A DNA stretch of 64,000 nt from positions 310,001-374,000 of the forward strand of contig OX597815.1 of NCBI GenBank assembly GCA_951406725.2, read 5' to 3'. The position numbers and the translations under genes are program-made. Shown piece after piece: positions 1 to 12,884 of this stretch. This stretch comes from Octopus vulgaris. Taxonomy: Eukaryota. The notes beneath the pieces were generated by a model, which was not told the origin of the DNA, ran no database searches, and was given only the letters and a program-made list of their open reading frames with translations. Position 1 is the first letter of the stretch, and every line of letters begins with the position of its first letter.

Positions 1-195
1 AGCCCTCGTGCCGGTGGCATGTAAAAGCACCCACTACACTCTCGGAGTGGTTGGCGTTAGGAAGGGCATCCAACTGTAGAAACTCTGCCAGATCAGATTG
101 GAGCCTGGTGCAGACATCTAGTTCACCAGACCTCAGTTAAATCTTCCAACCCATGCTAGCATGGAAAGCGGACGTTAAATGGCGATGATGATGAT
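1..195 (+). mobile_element. RTE LINE 3' tail fragment
   Basis: Family tail: gcacccactacactc...ggaagggcatcc...ccatgctagcatggaaagcggacgttaa, then (GAT)n. Confidence 0.85.
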
Positions 196-230
196 GGATT
201 ATTTAATCTGATAGGTTTTACTTTTCTTTA

Positions 231-1075
231 CAGGGTGTTCACACTAAATTTGACAATTTGTTTTTCTTTTTTTGATTCCTTATGTCAGAAACAGCTTGCA
301 ATATTGATGAACAGTGAGTGCCATTGGTGAGCATAAAAGATTAAAGTCATAGTTGAGGAAAAGTTAGCTGACATGGAGACCTGGAAGCCATCTGAATATT
401 GGAAAAGTGTTAGCTGTATTATGATTCATGTTGGGTATCAAAATGCTGACATCATGACTGTGGCTCATTGTTCTGTGAGCACCATAAAATCTGTCGGATG
501 GGATATGGACTGCTGCAACAGAGATTATGAAGCCATGGTCAGCAGGAAGGGAGACAGTGAGCATTCGGAATGTATCTGCACACTGGAATTCATCCAGCAA
601 GTGATAAAAAGGGCTTTAAGCTCTCTTCAGATGGCTATGTGAAGCTGCTGGAGACCATGCTCAAAACCTGGCTGGATGGTCATATGTGGGGTGGCATGAT
701 TCAGCTCCTTGCCATACCTCTGGAAGTGGTTGTCTGAGAATTTCTATAACTTCACCAGCCCCAGTTTCTGGTCTCTTAATCCCCCTGATTGTAATCCCAT
801 GGATTACTATGTATGGGGCCATGGTTGAGAAAGACACTGGCTACTCTGCCTACAGCACCAAGACCGAGCTGGTTTCCAAGATCAAGGAATTGCTCAAAGA
901 TCTTTCTAGAGACATAGTGAGGAACACCTGCCCCAGATTCCAGAGCCCTCTTGAGGCTGTGGTGGAAACTGAGAGTAATTATTTTGAGTAAGCTCTTATC
1001 TTCTGGCCATATTGATATTTTTGGATGGGATATTGTGTTTTCTTTTCCTTCTATGCAAACTGTCAAAACCTGGTG
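231..1075 (+). mobile_element. Decayed maT/DD37D-type Tc1-mariner element
   Basis: TA|cagggtgttc terminus. Broken transposase motifs HDSAPCHTS and PDCNPMDYYVW. Homologous to 44255-44981. Right end is approximate. Confidence 0.7.
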
Positions 1076-1591
1076 TTTTGATTTTAATTTGCTTTTGGGG
1101 TTTGTCAGTTCTTCTTTAAATTCACTCAAAACTAAAACTAGTTTAGTCACAATGTTTTAACATTTGTTCATTACTCTTCATTCCCTGTCAATACAATGTC
1201 TTATGTTGTACATTTAGTTAGCCAGCCATCCTTGTTGTCTTTGCTCCTTTCAGCTTTTCTTTTGTTTTATAAGACAGTTTGTTATCAACACCATGGCTTA
1301 AAAATTGTTAGTGATGAAAGTGGTAAATAATACCAAAAAGGTAATCTTCATGTCCAATTTAAAATGAGTATGTTGTTAGAACACTGAATACTGTTATTAG
1401 CCTTGAGAAACCCTCTCTTATAGGCGCTTGGTGCATAAAAGCACACACACACGATCTGGTTGTGGCAGACGAGAATCATGTTATGAGTGCTGGAGTTCCC
1501 ATATTATGCAATTTCGTTCTTTTATATCCTTGTATTGGATATATAATGTAATGAAGCAGTTGGGAAGAAAGTATACACATAATGCAATACT

Positions 1592-1826
1592 TATTTTTTT
1601 ACTGCCTGCAAGGGGCTACACACAGAAGGAACAAACAAGGACAGACAAATGGATTAAGTTGATTAAATCGACCCCAGTGCATAACTAGTACTTAATTTAT
1701 CGACCCCGCAAGGATGAAAGGCAAAGTCAACCTTGGCAGAATTTGAACCCAGAACGTAGTGGCAGACGAAATACCGCTAAGCATTTCGCTTGGCGTGCTA
1801 ACGTTTCTGCCAGCTTGCCACCTTTA
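1592..1826 (-). mobile_element. tRNA-derived SINE family 2 (Meta/MESC-like core) inserted in the Gypsy 3' LTR
   Basis: The minus strand has a tRNA-like head with a ggttcaaatt B-box and a ggggtcgataaattaagtac core. Flanked by duplicated atgcaatact. A second copy lies at 36665-36865. Confidence 0.75.
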
Positions 1827-2077
1827 ATGATGCAATACTATTACACAAGACTCAATGCTCTATATCAAAAACTCACAGTGAACTGCTACCAACCCAAACT
1901 GCCAATCGGTCACAGTTTTAAAAAAATTTTTCTAACAATGTGTCAGTCCACCTTTAGTTACTTGGGGTGGGGGTCAGAATTCTTCCACAACATCTCCCCT
2001 TTTTAGAATCAGTCTCCCCTATCTTCTCCCCTTTTGAGAAGTGAACTCCACTCTGAGTTTTGATATATGAGGGTCAT

Positions 2078-3987
2078 AGGAGATGTAGTTTGGGTTCGTG
2101 CCAGGGAAAAGCACCACTGATGCTATATTCCTGGTAAGACAGCTGCAGGAGAAATACCTAGCCAAAGATAAAGCTCTGTACCTGGCTTTCGCTGACATGA
2201 AGAAAGCCTTTGACAGGGTCCCCTGATCCCTTATCTAGTGGTCAATGAGGAAACTAGGGATAGATGAATGGTTAGTGAGAGCTGTGCGAGCCATGTAAAG
2301 GGACGCCGTCAGTAAGGTGAGGGTTGGCAACAAGTACAGTGAAGAATTCCGGGTAGGGGTCCACCAAGTTTCAGTCCTTAGCCCCCTCCTATTTATCATA
2401 GTCCTCCTGGCAATAACAGAGGAATTCAAGACAGGATGCCCCTGGGAGCTTCTCTATGCTGACGACCTTGCTCTAATTGCTGAGTCACTATCAGAACTCG
2501 AGGAGAAGTTTGAGGTGTGGAAACAAGGATTAGAATCGAAGGACCTTAGAGTCAATAGCTAAAACCAAAGTCCTAATAAGTAGGAAGGCAGGCAAACCAC
2601 AAATCCCTTCAGGTAGATGGCCCTGCTCGATCTGTAGTAGAGGCGTAGGTAGCAACTCTATAAGATGTACCCAGTGTAAGCTATGGACACTTAAGAGGTG
2701 CAGTAATATCAAAGGAAGACTAACTGGGAAGATAGTTTTTGTATGTGGCAGATGCTCAGGAGCAATAAACGCTGAAAATGTACAGAGAACAACTCCCACC
2801 ACATTATTGGGAGAAAAACTAGAAATAGTTGACAGTTTCTGTTACCTAGGTGACCAAGTTGGTAGCAGGGGAGGGTGCGATGGAAGTGTAGCTGCTAGAA
2901 TAAGAATAGCCTGGGCAAAGTTCAGAGAGCTCTTACCTCTACTGGTGACGAAGGGCCTCTCACTCAGAGTAAAAGGCAGACTGTATGACGCATGTGTACG
3001 AACAGCCATGCTACATGGCAGTGAAACATGGGCCGTGACTGCTGAGGACATGCGTAAGCTTGCAAGGAATGAAGCCAGTATGATTCAATGGATGTGTAAT
3101 GTCAGTGTTCATAATCGACAGAGTGTAAGTACCTTGAGAGAAAAGTTGGACCTAAGAAGCATCAGATGTGTGGAAGGGAGACGACTGCGCTGGTATGGTC
3201 ATGTGGCAAGAATGGATGAGGACAGCTGTGTGAAAAAGTGCCACACCCTAGAGGTTGAGGGAGCCTGTGGAAGAGGTAGACCCAGGAAGACCTGGGATGA
3301 AGTGGTGAAGCACGACCGAACATTAGGCCTTACCGAGGCAATGACTAGTGACCAAGACCTTTGGAAATATGTTGTGCTTGAGAAGACCTGGCAAGCCAAG
3401 TGAGACCATAACCTCGTGGCCTATGCCAGGGCATAACCAGCCCACTTATACGTACCTTTCCCTCTTTGGACATTAAACTCCGATTGCAAAAACCTGTTGA
3501 GGCAAGTGAAATCAAAATCAAATTCGATGGCTGGCATCCATGCTAGTGGTGCGCTAAGAGCACCATCTGAGCGTGATTGTTGCCAGAGTGGCTAACTGGC
3601 TTCCGTACCGGTGGCACGTAAAAAATACCATTTGAGCGTGATTGTTACCAGCGTCACCTTACTGGCACTTGTGCTGGTGGCACATGAAAAAACATTCAAG
3701 CGATGTCATTGCCAGTGCTGTTGGACTGGCTCCTGTCCAGGTGGCATGTAATAAACACCATTTGAGCATGGCCATTGCGAGTACCGCCTGACTGGCCCTT
3801 GTGCTGGTGGCATGTAAAAGCACCCACTACACTCACGGAGTGGTTGGCATTAGGAAGGGCATCCAGCTGTAGAAACTCTGCTAGATCAGATTGGAGCCTG
3901 GTGCAGTCATCTGGTTCGCCAGTCCTCAGTCAAATCGTCCAACCCATGCCAGCATGGAAAGTGGATGTTAAACGATGATGATGATAT
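2078..3987 (+). mobile_element. 5'-truncated RTE-clade LINE: RT pseudogene, 3'UTR tandem array and (GAT)n tail
   Basis: Motifs FGFVPGKSTTDAIF, GVHQVSVLSPLLF, LLYADDL, RLRWYGHVARM and GRGRPRKTW, with stops and frameshifts. ORF ends at 3403. Confidence 0.92.
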
Positions 3988-4394
3988 GCTTAGGACTCAA
4001 TTCTAGTGGGGAAAAAGATCAGCACACACTTTGATTTTATTATTCTTTTTCTTAACAATCACAGTTGGTGATGTCCATTCAGAGTATACCACTTTTTGGA
4101 TAACTCCAGTTTTGTCTAGTCTCTCTAACTCTAGGTTTATCTATTCTAATGCTGCAAACAGTACCGTTTGTTTTTGCTTAAATTCTGGTATGGCGTTTTC
4201 ATGTATTTGAAACCATGTCTTTGTTTCGTCACAAAGAACTTCAGGAAAAGTAATTTTAATTTTTTTCCAATTCATCTGACGACTTATTTGTTCTGGAGGA
4301 AAAACCATTTACATTTTGACAGAAAAGAATTATGGAGAAGTCCCATAAATGAAACAATTCCATCCAGTCAGTATCGGACAAGTTTGTTGTATTA

Positions 4395-5608
4395 TTGGGT
4401 CATCCAATAAATAATGCAGGTTTTTTTATACTTCTTTTATTTTTCAAAATTAAGATAAACAAAATTCTTTTTTAGTCTAAAACATACTCTCCTTCATTTT
4501 CTACAATGCTCTTCCATCTATCTTATTGACTTGCAAGGCCCCTCCTCCAAAATTCACTTGTCCATGACGAAAAATACTCCTCCAATACTGTTCTGACCTC
4601 ATCTACAGAATTCATTTTTTTTTTTTGTTCAAATGATTTTGCAGACTGCAGAATGAATGATAATTTCCTGTTCAGACTCCTCCAACCTTTGGAATGTCCT
4701 CCTCACTGTATGTGGCTGAGCATTATCCTGATGGAAGAACACTTTTTGTCTTGAAATCAAAGATGGTCATTTTTCTTCTAGCGCTGACTTAAGCCACTCA
4801 AACTGCTCACTATAGATCTCCTTTGTTATCATTTGGTTTGGGTTTAAAAGTTTAAAGTAGATTAAATTTTTCATAACCCACCAAACATAACAACACCTTA
4901 TGTGGGTAAAGACCTTCTTTAGCCTGGTGTGCCAATGTTTCTCCTTTCCCTAACCACTGTCTTTGCTGCTTGACGTTTTTATAGAGAACCCATTTCTTGT
5001 CACCAATCACTATTTTGGTCCAAAACGAGTTCATCCATGAGACATAACAGCAAAGAAGAGCACACATTCATTCTCTGTGCATGCTTAGACTTGAAAAGTT
5101 TGTGAGGAACCCACTGACCCTATTTGCTGACTTTTCTGATGGCATGCAGATGTCAATGAATGGTTGAATGACCAAATCTAAACCCTCTGTTAGTTCCTCT
5201 ATGGTAACGATGGGATTTTGTTCCACCAGAGTTTGAAGCACGTCCTTGTCAAGCTCTACAGATCTTCCCGGATGAGGCTGTAGTTTCCAACTCAGAATCT
5301 CTGGAATCACTGGCTTACACTTATTGTCCGATCCCCATATACTGCATTATTATTCCTTGCAATCTCTGTTGCGTTGTTGCCTTTATTGAACTCCTCAAGC
5401 AAATTAGACCGAATATTACTCCTTTGTCACTTTCATTATAGCTTTGAAAAAAACTGTTAAAATTGAACTGCACTCTTCAAAAATTGCACTAAGAATAAGC
5501 AAGTAAACTACTGCTTTTATAGCAAGTTGATGTAGGTAGTTTATCCCATCCTCCTCTGACTTTTAGTTCATGCAGTTGAAAAACCGCATTATTTATGGGA
5601 TGACCCAA
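4395..5608 (-). mobile_element. Decayed mariner transposon inserted in the Gypsy protease region
   Basis: ~30-bp TIRs ttgggtcatcc(a/c)ataaataatgc with TA on both sides. Remnants IVIGDKKWVLYKN and HPGRSVELD. Confidence 0.85.
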
Positions 5609-7072
5609 TATTTAACAGAAAAACTTTAGCCTTTAAAGTTTTTTCTAAAAAATGTAATGTTACTTATCAATTCACCCTTAAAGTATAATTTTTTTCCTGA
5701 AACATCACAGGCAATTTTCAAGGTTTCATTTCATTTAGGTCTCCTCATCTTTTTCCATGTATCTGTGTTAATTATTGATGTTGCTGCTTGTATCCAGTTG
5801 TAACTTGACATTTGTGTTATTAATTTTTACATTCACCAATTTTCTTAGAGGCTCATTCATATTTTTTGTTACCAATAATCTGTTAATGTGATTTTTTTCT
5901 GTTGAACTGTTTTTTAGGTTCTGTCCTACAATGCGACTTTTTATGGCCTATTTTAACACACTTGTAGCATTTTATATTTTTAAATGGACAGTCATTTTTA
6001 AAATGTAAACCACTCCACCCACCACACGGATTCAGTTTTGACATTTTTTGTCTATTTTCTTATTCATTACGGGTCAATGCACTTGAATCTCAGAACAATC
6101 TTTCTCTTCATTTTTATTTGTCATGTTGTACATTAATAATCTACTGGCATTCTTCTGCTCCTGTCTACAGACTTAAATTTTGGTTCTGTTCTAATTTTGC
6201 TGTTATCTGGGAATGTATATCTGCCTCTTTGCTTGCAGTAAGCCCATGAACAAAAATTAAAGACCTGGACATGTCTGGGGTTAACTCATTCAATTTGAAT
6301 TTTTCACACTTTCTGTTAACCACTACAGCATAGGTGATGAAATCTGTTTTTGACCAAATTTAAACATAGCCAGCGAGTATTGAACAGGGAACTTCTTTCA
6401 CTGAAAATTTTTGACAAAATATTGTTTCATTGAAATAAATCTCACCTGACTTCTTCAGCAGAATATAATTACTTTTAATTTTCATGTTTGGGAGGGGATA
6501 ACTTTCTTAAAAGTAGTCGTATTTTTTTCTTATCAGACTTTTACACTTTTCTTTGAAGATTTCTTCGTATCTATGAAAATATGCAGAGAAGATAGTACCT
6601 TCTTCTGGTTTATAGCTGAATTATAGCTGGCAAGTACAAACCTGAAGTATTTTCAGACTTCTTCACCAGCAGCTTTGGTTTTGTTGTTGTTGCTGCTGAT
6701 GTAGTTGCTGTTGCAGCTGCACCACAGAGGCCAATAAGTTCTCCATGTTAAACGAGTTTTTTCTTTGGTTTCATACCAAAAAGAAATTTTAAACATCTGA
6801 TGCAAGCTTCAAACAACTCATTGCCACTTTTATGTCCTTGTATTGGATATAATAATATAACGAAGCAGGGGAGGAAGAAAGAATACACACAATGCACTAC
6901 TATTACACGAGACTCAACAGTCTATATCAAAGGCTCACAGTGAACTGCTACCAGCACGAACTGCCAACTGCTCTTATTTTATAATGAGTCGGTCCACCTT
7001 TAGTCACTTGTGAGTGGTCAAAATCCTTCCACAACACATTTTACTGGGAATGCTGATGTTCCATATATCATA

Positions 7073-8340
7073 CAAGGGGCGTTCAATAAGTAATGCCCCT
7101 GACCCACTTGCAGTTGTTTGATCTAGCTGAAATTTTGCATGTGCACTTATTTATACCTCTATAGATTAAGTGGCGAATTACAGCTCTGAACTAATTGTGG
7201 TTTCTGATTTACAGGTGTTTGAACTGAGTCAAGTGTGAAATGGAGCCTGTTGAGTGTCGAGCAGTGATCTGGTTTTTGTATTTGAAAGGACGCACACCAC
7301 AGGAGACTTAATGAAATGAAAGTAATTTATGGTGATGATGCCTCATCATATGACCTTGTAAAACGCTGGCATCGTGAATTCAAACATAGTCGGAACTCTG
7401 TGGAAACAGCTCCCAGATCTGGTTGCCCCCTTCTGCCGTTGATGAGACGTCTGTCCGTCAAGTTGAGGCTGCCATTTTGGAAGGTCAACGCATAACTATT
7501 CGCCAAATAGCTCATAAGGTCAAGATTAGTACCGGGTCTGTGGAAACTATCATTCATGACCATTTGCATATGCAAAAGGTGTCTGCCAGATGGATTCCCA
7601 GGCTGCTCACATCTTTCCAGAAGCAAGAATGCGTCGAGTGCTCGAGGATGAATTTGGAGATATGCCAAGAAGATGAGTCAATTTTTTTCAAAAGACTGAT
7701 TACACAGGATGAAACCTGGGTCCATCACTATGATCCATAGACCAAAGCCCAGTCAATGCAGTGAAAGCACCGTGACTCACCTCCTCCAAAGAAGGCAAGG
7801 GTGCAGCCCTCCGCTGACAAGGTCATGCTCACAGTCTTCTGGGACCAGGACGGAGTAGTGATGACAGATTTCTTGGCAAAGGGTACCACAATTAGAGGAG
7901 CCTATTATGCTTCACTTTTGAGGAAATTAAGAGAAGCTATCAAAATCAAGAGGCGGGGCAAGATCAGCAAAGGCATCCTCCTCCTGCAGGACAACGCTCC
8001 GGTCCACAACTCGCGTGTCGCCAGATCAGAAGCACAGGCATGCAGCTATGAATTTCTCCCCTTGCACCCTCTGATTTTCACCTCTTCCCAGCCATGAAGT
8101 TGATTTTGAAAGGAAAGCATTTCCCAGATGATGCAGCCTTGATTTCTGAAGTCACGTCGTGGTTGGAGGACCAAGCTGGGGTCTTCTACAAAAACGGTCT
8201 CCAGAGCTGTATCAAACGATGGGAGAAATGCATAACTCTGGGTAGTTCCTATGTAGGAAAAGACTAATTACTGTGCCAAGTGTCGTTGCTCTACTGCTAT
8301 GGGAAGTGGGTCAGGGGCATTACTTATTGAACGCCCCTCG
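7073..8340 (+). mobile_element. Full-length mariner (irritans/Hsmar2-like) with a pseudogenised transposase (~7240-8267)
   Basis: 37-bp TIRs with 1 mismatch and a TA TSD at 7071-72 and 8341-42. Motifs WIPRLL, TQDETWVHHYDP, LLQDNAPVH and LAPSDFHLF, with stops and deletions. Confidence 0.93.
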
Positions 8341-8669
8341 TAGCAGTGAGATTTGATTGGTGTGCAGTGACCAAGTGCTTCTGGCTGATGGTTTCCAGTA
8401 GACTAAAATCATGGGATATGAGAATTCTCGTGTCCATGACAGATGATTCTCTTCTGCTTTGATCTATGCATGTGTGCTTTTATGCACCAAGCACCTATAT
8501 GAGAGGATCTGTTAAGTTGTATATAAAGATTACCATGGGTTCAAGATTTTCATCAGGCCAATCACTAGCTTACTGCATTTCTATAACAAGGGAGTTTGTA
8601 ACAACTCAATGCCCAGGACTTTGATGAGTATCAGTTATATGCCAATGTTTTGCATTGGCAAAATATATA

Positions 8670-9766
8670 TGAATATGCTGATGACCTTGTTCTTATAGCT
8701 GAATCACTAAGGTCTGGAATCTAAGGACCTTAGAGTTAATTTAGTAAAACTTGCAAGTCCTCTCAGGGAGATGGCCCTGCTCAATATGTAAGAAGGGTGT
8801 TGGTTGGAACTCTGTATGTTGTACCCAGTGCAAGCTTTGTTCACATAACAGATGCAGTGATATCAAAGGAAGTTAACAGAGAATATAATCTTAGTGTGTG
8901 GCAAATGTACAGGTAGAGTAAGCTCCTAAAAATGCACAGACAATAAACTGTCTCAAATGCTCAGGCAGATTATTATTATTAGTAGTAGATAGCTTCTGTT
9001 ACCTAGAAGACCAAGTGACCAGTGGTGGTGGGGGACGCTCTGCAAGTGTAGTTGCTAGGATAAGAATTAGGTGGGGGGAAATTCAAACAGTTTCTACTCT
9101 TGTTGGTAACTAAGGTACACTCCTTCAGAATGAAAAGCAGACTGTCTCAGGATTGTGTATGTACAGCCATGCTACACGGCAGTGAAACATGGGCTCTGAC
9201 TACAGAGGATTTGTGAAGGCTTGAAAGAAATGAAGCTAGCATGCTCTGCTGGATGGGTAATGTCAGTGTGCAAGCACGACAAAGTATAAATGATTTAAGA
9301 GGAACATTGGGTATAAGAGGCATCAGACATTGCATGCAAGAGAAAAGGAAGATGGCTCTGGTTTGGTCATGTGATGCATATGGATGAAGACAGCTGCATA
9401 AAGAAGTGCCAAGCTCTAATTGTGGAGAGTACCTGTGGAAGGGGTAGACCCAGGAAGACCTGGGACAAAGTGGTGAAAAAGGGTCTTTGGATGCTGAGCT
9501 TTACTGAGGAAATGACAAGGGACTGGGAGATGTGGTGATTTGCTGTACTTGATAAGATGCATCAAGCTAAGTGCAATGGCTGTCTTCCACGCATACAGGC
9601 TTGTCTTTTCAGGTGCCAGTGCCACTTAAAGACGCACCTGTGCCATGTAAAGAGCACCCAGCACACTTAGGAAGGGCATCTGGACAGCTCCCTGCTCGCC
9701 AGCTCCACATGAAACCTTCCAACCCATGCCAGCATAGAAAGTGGATGTTAAACACTGATGATGACA
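8670..9766 (+). mobile_element. Diverged RTE LINE fragment with tail
   Basis: YADDL, AMLHGSETW and GRPRKTW remnants; tail ending gatgatga. Confidence 0.8.
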
Positions 9767-10559
9767 TATGCACACACACACACATGCAAGCATGCACACT
9801 CACTCACACACATACACTTTCTCTCTCTCTCTTGCCATTGGCACCATTTCTCACAAGGTATTGGTCACTTGAAGGCCACTGTAGCAGAAGATACTTGCCC
9901 AACCACACCACCCGAAGCTGTGTGGTTATAAAGTGGACTTCTTCAGTCCATGGCTGCTAAGCTCTTTCTTTCTAACACATAAACTTTACTGTCACAGTCT
10001 CTGAAATCTTTCTGAGCCTTACATCTCCTAATATGTCATCTGAGCTGGTTCTCTTATAGTAACCCCTACGGAAGGAACGGTGTAGTAATCTAAAGTGAAT
10101 GGATCCGCAAAACCCATTTGTTAAATGTTTGCTCTGAAATTACTTGTTAAGTGAGCGATTATTCTGCCTGGCCTCATTTCTCTCTCGTGTATTTGTAACC
10201 TTAATAACTTTTATGAATCATTCCTTTTTTTTCCTTTTTACTGTGGCATAAAGAATCCCATTAAATAGTTCCATAATGGCACCATTTATTTTCTGAGACT
10301 CTGTTTTATCTTAATTCTATATATTTAACATGTATCTTGTGCATAGAATCCATATAAAGTATATATTGTCTCAAAACCTAATATACTGCCTACTTTGATT
10401 TGTAAATATACTTTGTCAATAAAGCAGTTTGCCGTCGTCACCACCATTACCTCCTCTTCCATGTCACCATTTCCCAACCTAGAACTCCAAGATTGACTTA
10501 ATTTAGTTCTAAGTAATTATTACTCTGTCAAACGCAATGCTTGTTTAGTCACATCGTTA

Positions 10560-11960
10560 CCACCATCATCCTCATCAAACATCCACTTTTCATACTGGCG
10601 TGGATCAGATGGTTCGGCTGGAACTGTCAAGTACAACTGTCTGTTTTGGCATAGCTTCTATGACTGGATGTCCTTAATGCTAACCACTTTACAGAGTGTA
10701 CTGGGTACTTTTTATGTGGCACCAGTACAGGAGCTTTTACATGGCACCAGCATGGGTATTGTTTTGAATTAATCATTCATTATCTTGTAGCTTTGAAATT
10801 TTGATATCATCATCATTTTAACGTCTGTTTTCCATGCCAGCGTAGGTTGGATGGCTTGACAGGAGTTGGTAAATCCAGGGCCTGCACCAGTTCCCTTTAT
10901 CTGGTTTAGCATGGTTTCTACAGCTGGATACCTATCCTAACACCAACCATCTTACAGAGTGAACCAGGTGCTTTTTATATGGTACCATCACCAATGCTTT
11001 TTACGTGGCACTTTAATTTTAGGATATCAATGTGATTGTTAATTTGTAGAATGGCATTGTAGGAGAGATGTGAAAGGCTGGATCTGGCTGGTTTGATCAT
11101 AAAACAAGTATAATATTTGGGCTGCTAAAGTGTTAATAGCCACCCATTACAGACTTACCACTTTACTGATGTTGTGCACAAATGGACAGCCAACACACTT
11201 TATATCCAATAAAGTTGTATAATTTTGTTTGTACTTTTAGATAACTTATCATTTCTCTTTGTCTTTCATGTAAAATTTATGATTTTACAATCTACCACCA
11301 AATCTTTCTCCATTTCTACAATGATTGTTAGTTTGATAGTATTTCCAGTGTATGGCTTAATTAACAGGGTAGGCTGCATGCTCGACCTTTGACCCTGAAG
11401 TGAGTGATATTTAGATTGAACATAAGACATCTGCAGGAAAAACATAGATGGAGAAGAAATTTCAGGGAATTGACATTGTGGAGTAGAGACGATAGATGGG
11501 AAGAATAGACAACTAGCTGAAAAGAGTAGTAATTACAGTAAAGATAGAATAGGCAGGACGAGGGGAGGATAGCATGGCCCATATAATCATCATCACTTAT
11601 TGTCCATGCTGGCATGGATTGGACAGCTTGACCAGGTCTGGCCAGCTGGAGGGTTACACCAGACTCCAGTCTGATTTGGCATGGTTTTTACGGCAGGATG
11701 TCCATCCTAAAACCAACCACTCTGAGAGTGTAATGGGCGCTTTTATGTGCCACCAGCATGGGTGCCATTTTCATGACACCAGTATCTGCCACAGCTGCAA
11801 TTTTACTTGGCTTGATGGGTCTTCTTTTCAAGCACAGTACAATGCCAAAGGTCTCAGTCATTCATCAGTGCCTCCATGAGGTGCTTTTCATGTGCCACTG
11901 GCATCAGCCACTTGGCCTCCTTGTGACCCCACACTTGAAAGGTGCTTTTTATGTGCCACT
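10560..11960 (-). mobile_element. Cluster of RTE 3' tails (~10560-10760, 10807-11012, 11585-11960) and an interrupted TTAA MITE (~10760-11135)
   Basis: Each tail starts with (CAT)n then ttaac...ttccatgc. MITE sequence similar to 47873-48095 lies on both sides of the 10807 tail. Confidence 0.7.
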
Positions 11961-12169
11961 GGAGCTCCCAGGCACAGCCCGTCTTAAATTTCTCTGAATC
12001 TTTGTTGATCAGTAGTGTGGTGTACAGTTAGCTAACTGAAAGGAGCAGAGGCCTTTATAGTAGTGGTAAAATAATGAGAGTGAGAAGAGAGGACAGGTGT
12101 AAGGTAGTAGTTGTAAAGAGCTTTCTTTTGTATCTAGGAGAGCAGTGTCCTAGATGGAGTCCCAGTACT

Positions 12170-12700
12170 CTATTGTGTTAGTTGAGCTTTTTAAAGATTT
12201 AGGAATTGATCTGAACTGAAGGTTTCCTTTGTCCCAAAGAAGATTAGTTTGTTGTTATATTATATAGGGGTTACTCGGAAAGCGATTGTGAGGTGTAGCA
12301 TTTGCAAGAATTTAAAGTTTTAGTTGCATCTTGCCCAAAACGCAAGAGTGTGTGTTGCATTGATGCCTTCAGCTGTAGAACTGGTTTTATAATTCTATTA
12401 TTTGAGATACACCAATATGTAAGTGTGTGTTATTTCAGATTGACCAAACTGTAAATTTATAGATGTTATTTGAGATACACCAATATAGAATTCTTTAGAT
12501 GTTGAGATAGACCAATCATACAACATGTAACCTACATTTCTGAGTAGTGCAACCTTGGTCTACCAATGTAAATTCATGAGAACACTGCTACATGGTTTGA
12601 TATTTAATGTGGCAGCCATTACAAATCGATGTATGTGATGTAGCAGTCACTGCTACACTGTTCTGTTTTTGATATAGTATTTCCCATATGAGAGCCACAA
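12170..12700 (-). mobile_element. Possible very old Penelope-like GIY-YIG relic
   Basis: Weak minus-strand C-x-x-C and IYIG remnants only; heavily frameshifted. Confidence 0.25.
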
Positions 12701-12884
12701 ATTTTAAGCTTTCAGTTTTGGATATCATTCCTCGTAATAAAGACAAACCATTTTATTTCATGGAATGTTTATCTTTTATTTTTTTTCCAGTCATTAGACT
12801 ACGGCCATGCTGGGGCCCTGCTTTTGTTTTTTTTTAGGTCGAATGAATCAACCCCTGTACTTAATTTTTTAATTTTTAATCTGG

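Larger units (their letters stand above)
1520..7036 (-). mobile_element. Degenerate Gypsy LTR retrotransposon (gag-protease-start of RT, rest deleted) hosting nested insertions
   Basis: Two similar ~210-bp LTRs (6828-7036, and 1520-1992 minus an inserted SINE) both start TGTTGTGGA on the minus strand. PBS-like TGGCAATGAG at 6817-6826; polypurine tract AAAAAGGGGAGA at 1993-2004. Minus-strand remnants: YKPEEGTIFSAYFHRYEEIF, IRLLLRKL, SLFNTRWLCL (Gag); CYKCVKIGH zinc knuckle; VKLQLDTSS protease. Confidence 0.8.

Noticed and set aside
3520-3830. CRISPR-like look: conserved hairpin core with variable linkers
   Set aside because: The linkers are homologous to each other, the array is part of a LINE 3'UTR in a eukaryote, and there are no cas genes.
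7240-8267. SETMAR-like domesticated mariner gene
   Set aside because: Multiple stops and frameshifts, intact TIRs and TSD, and no SET domain.
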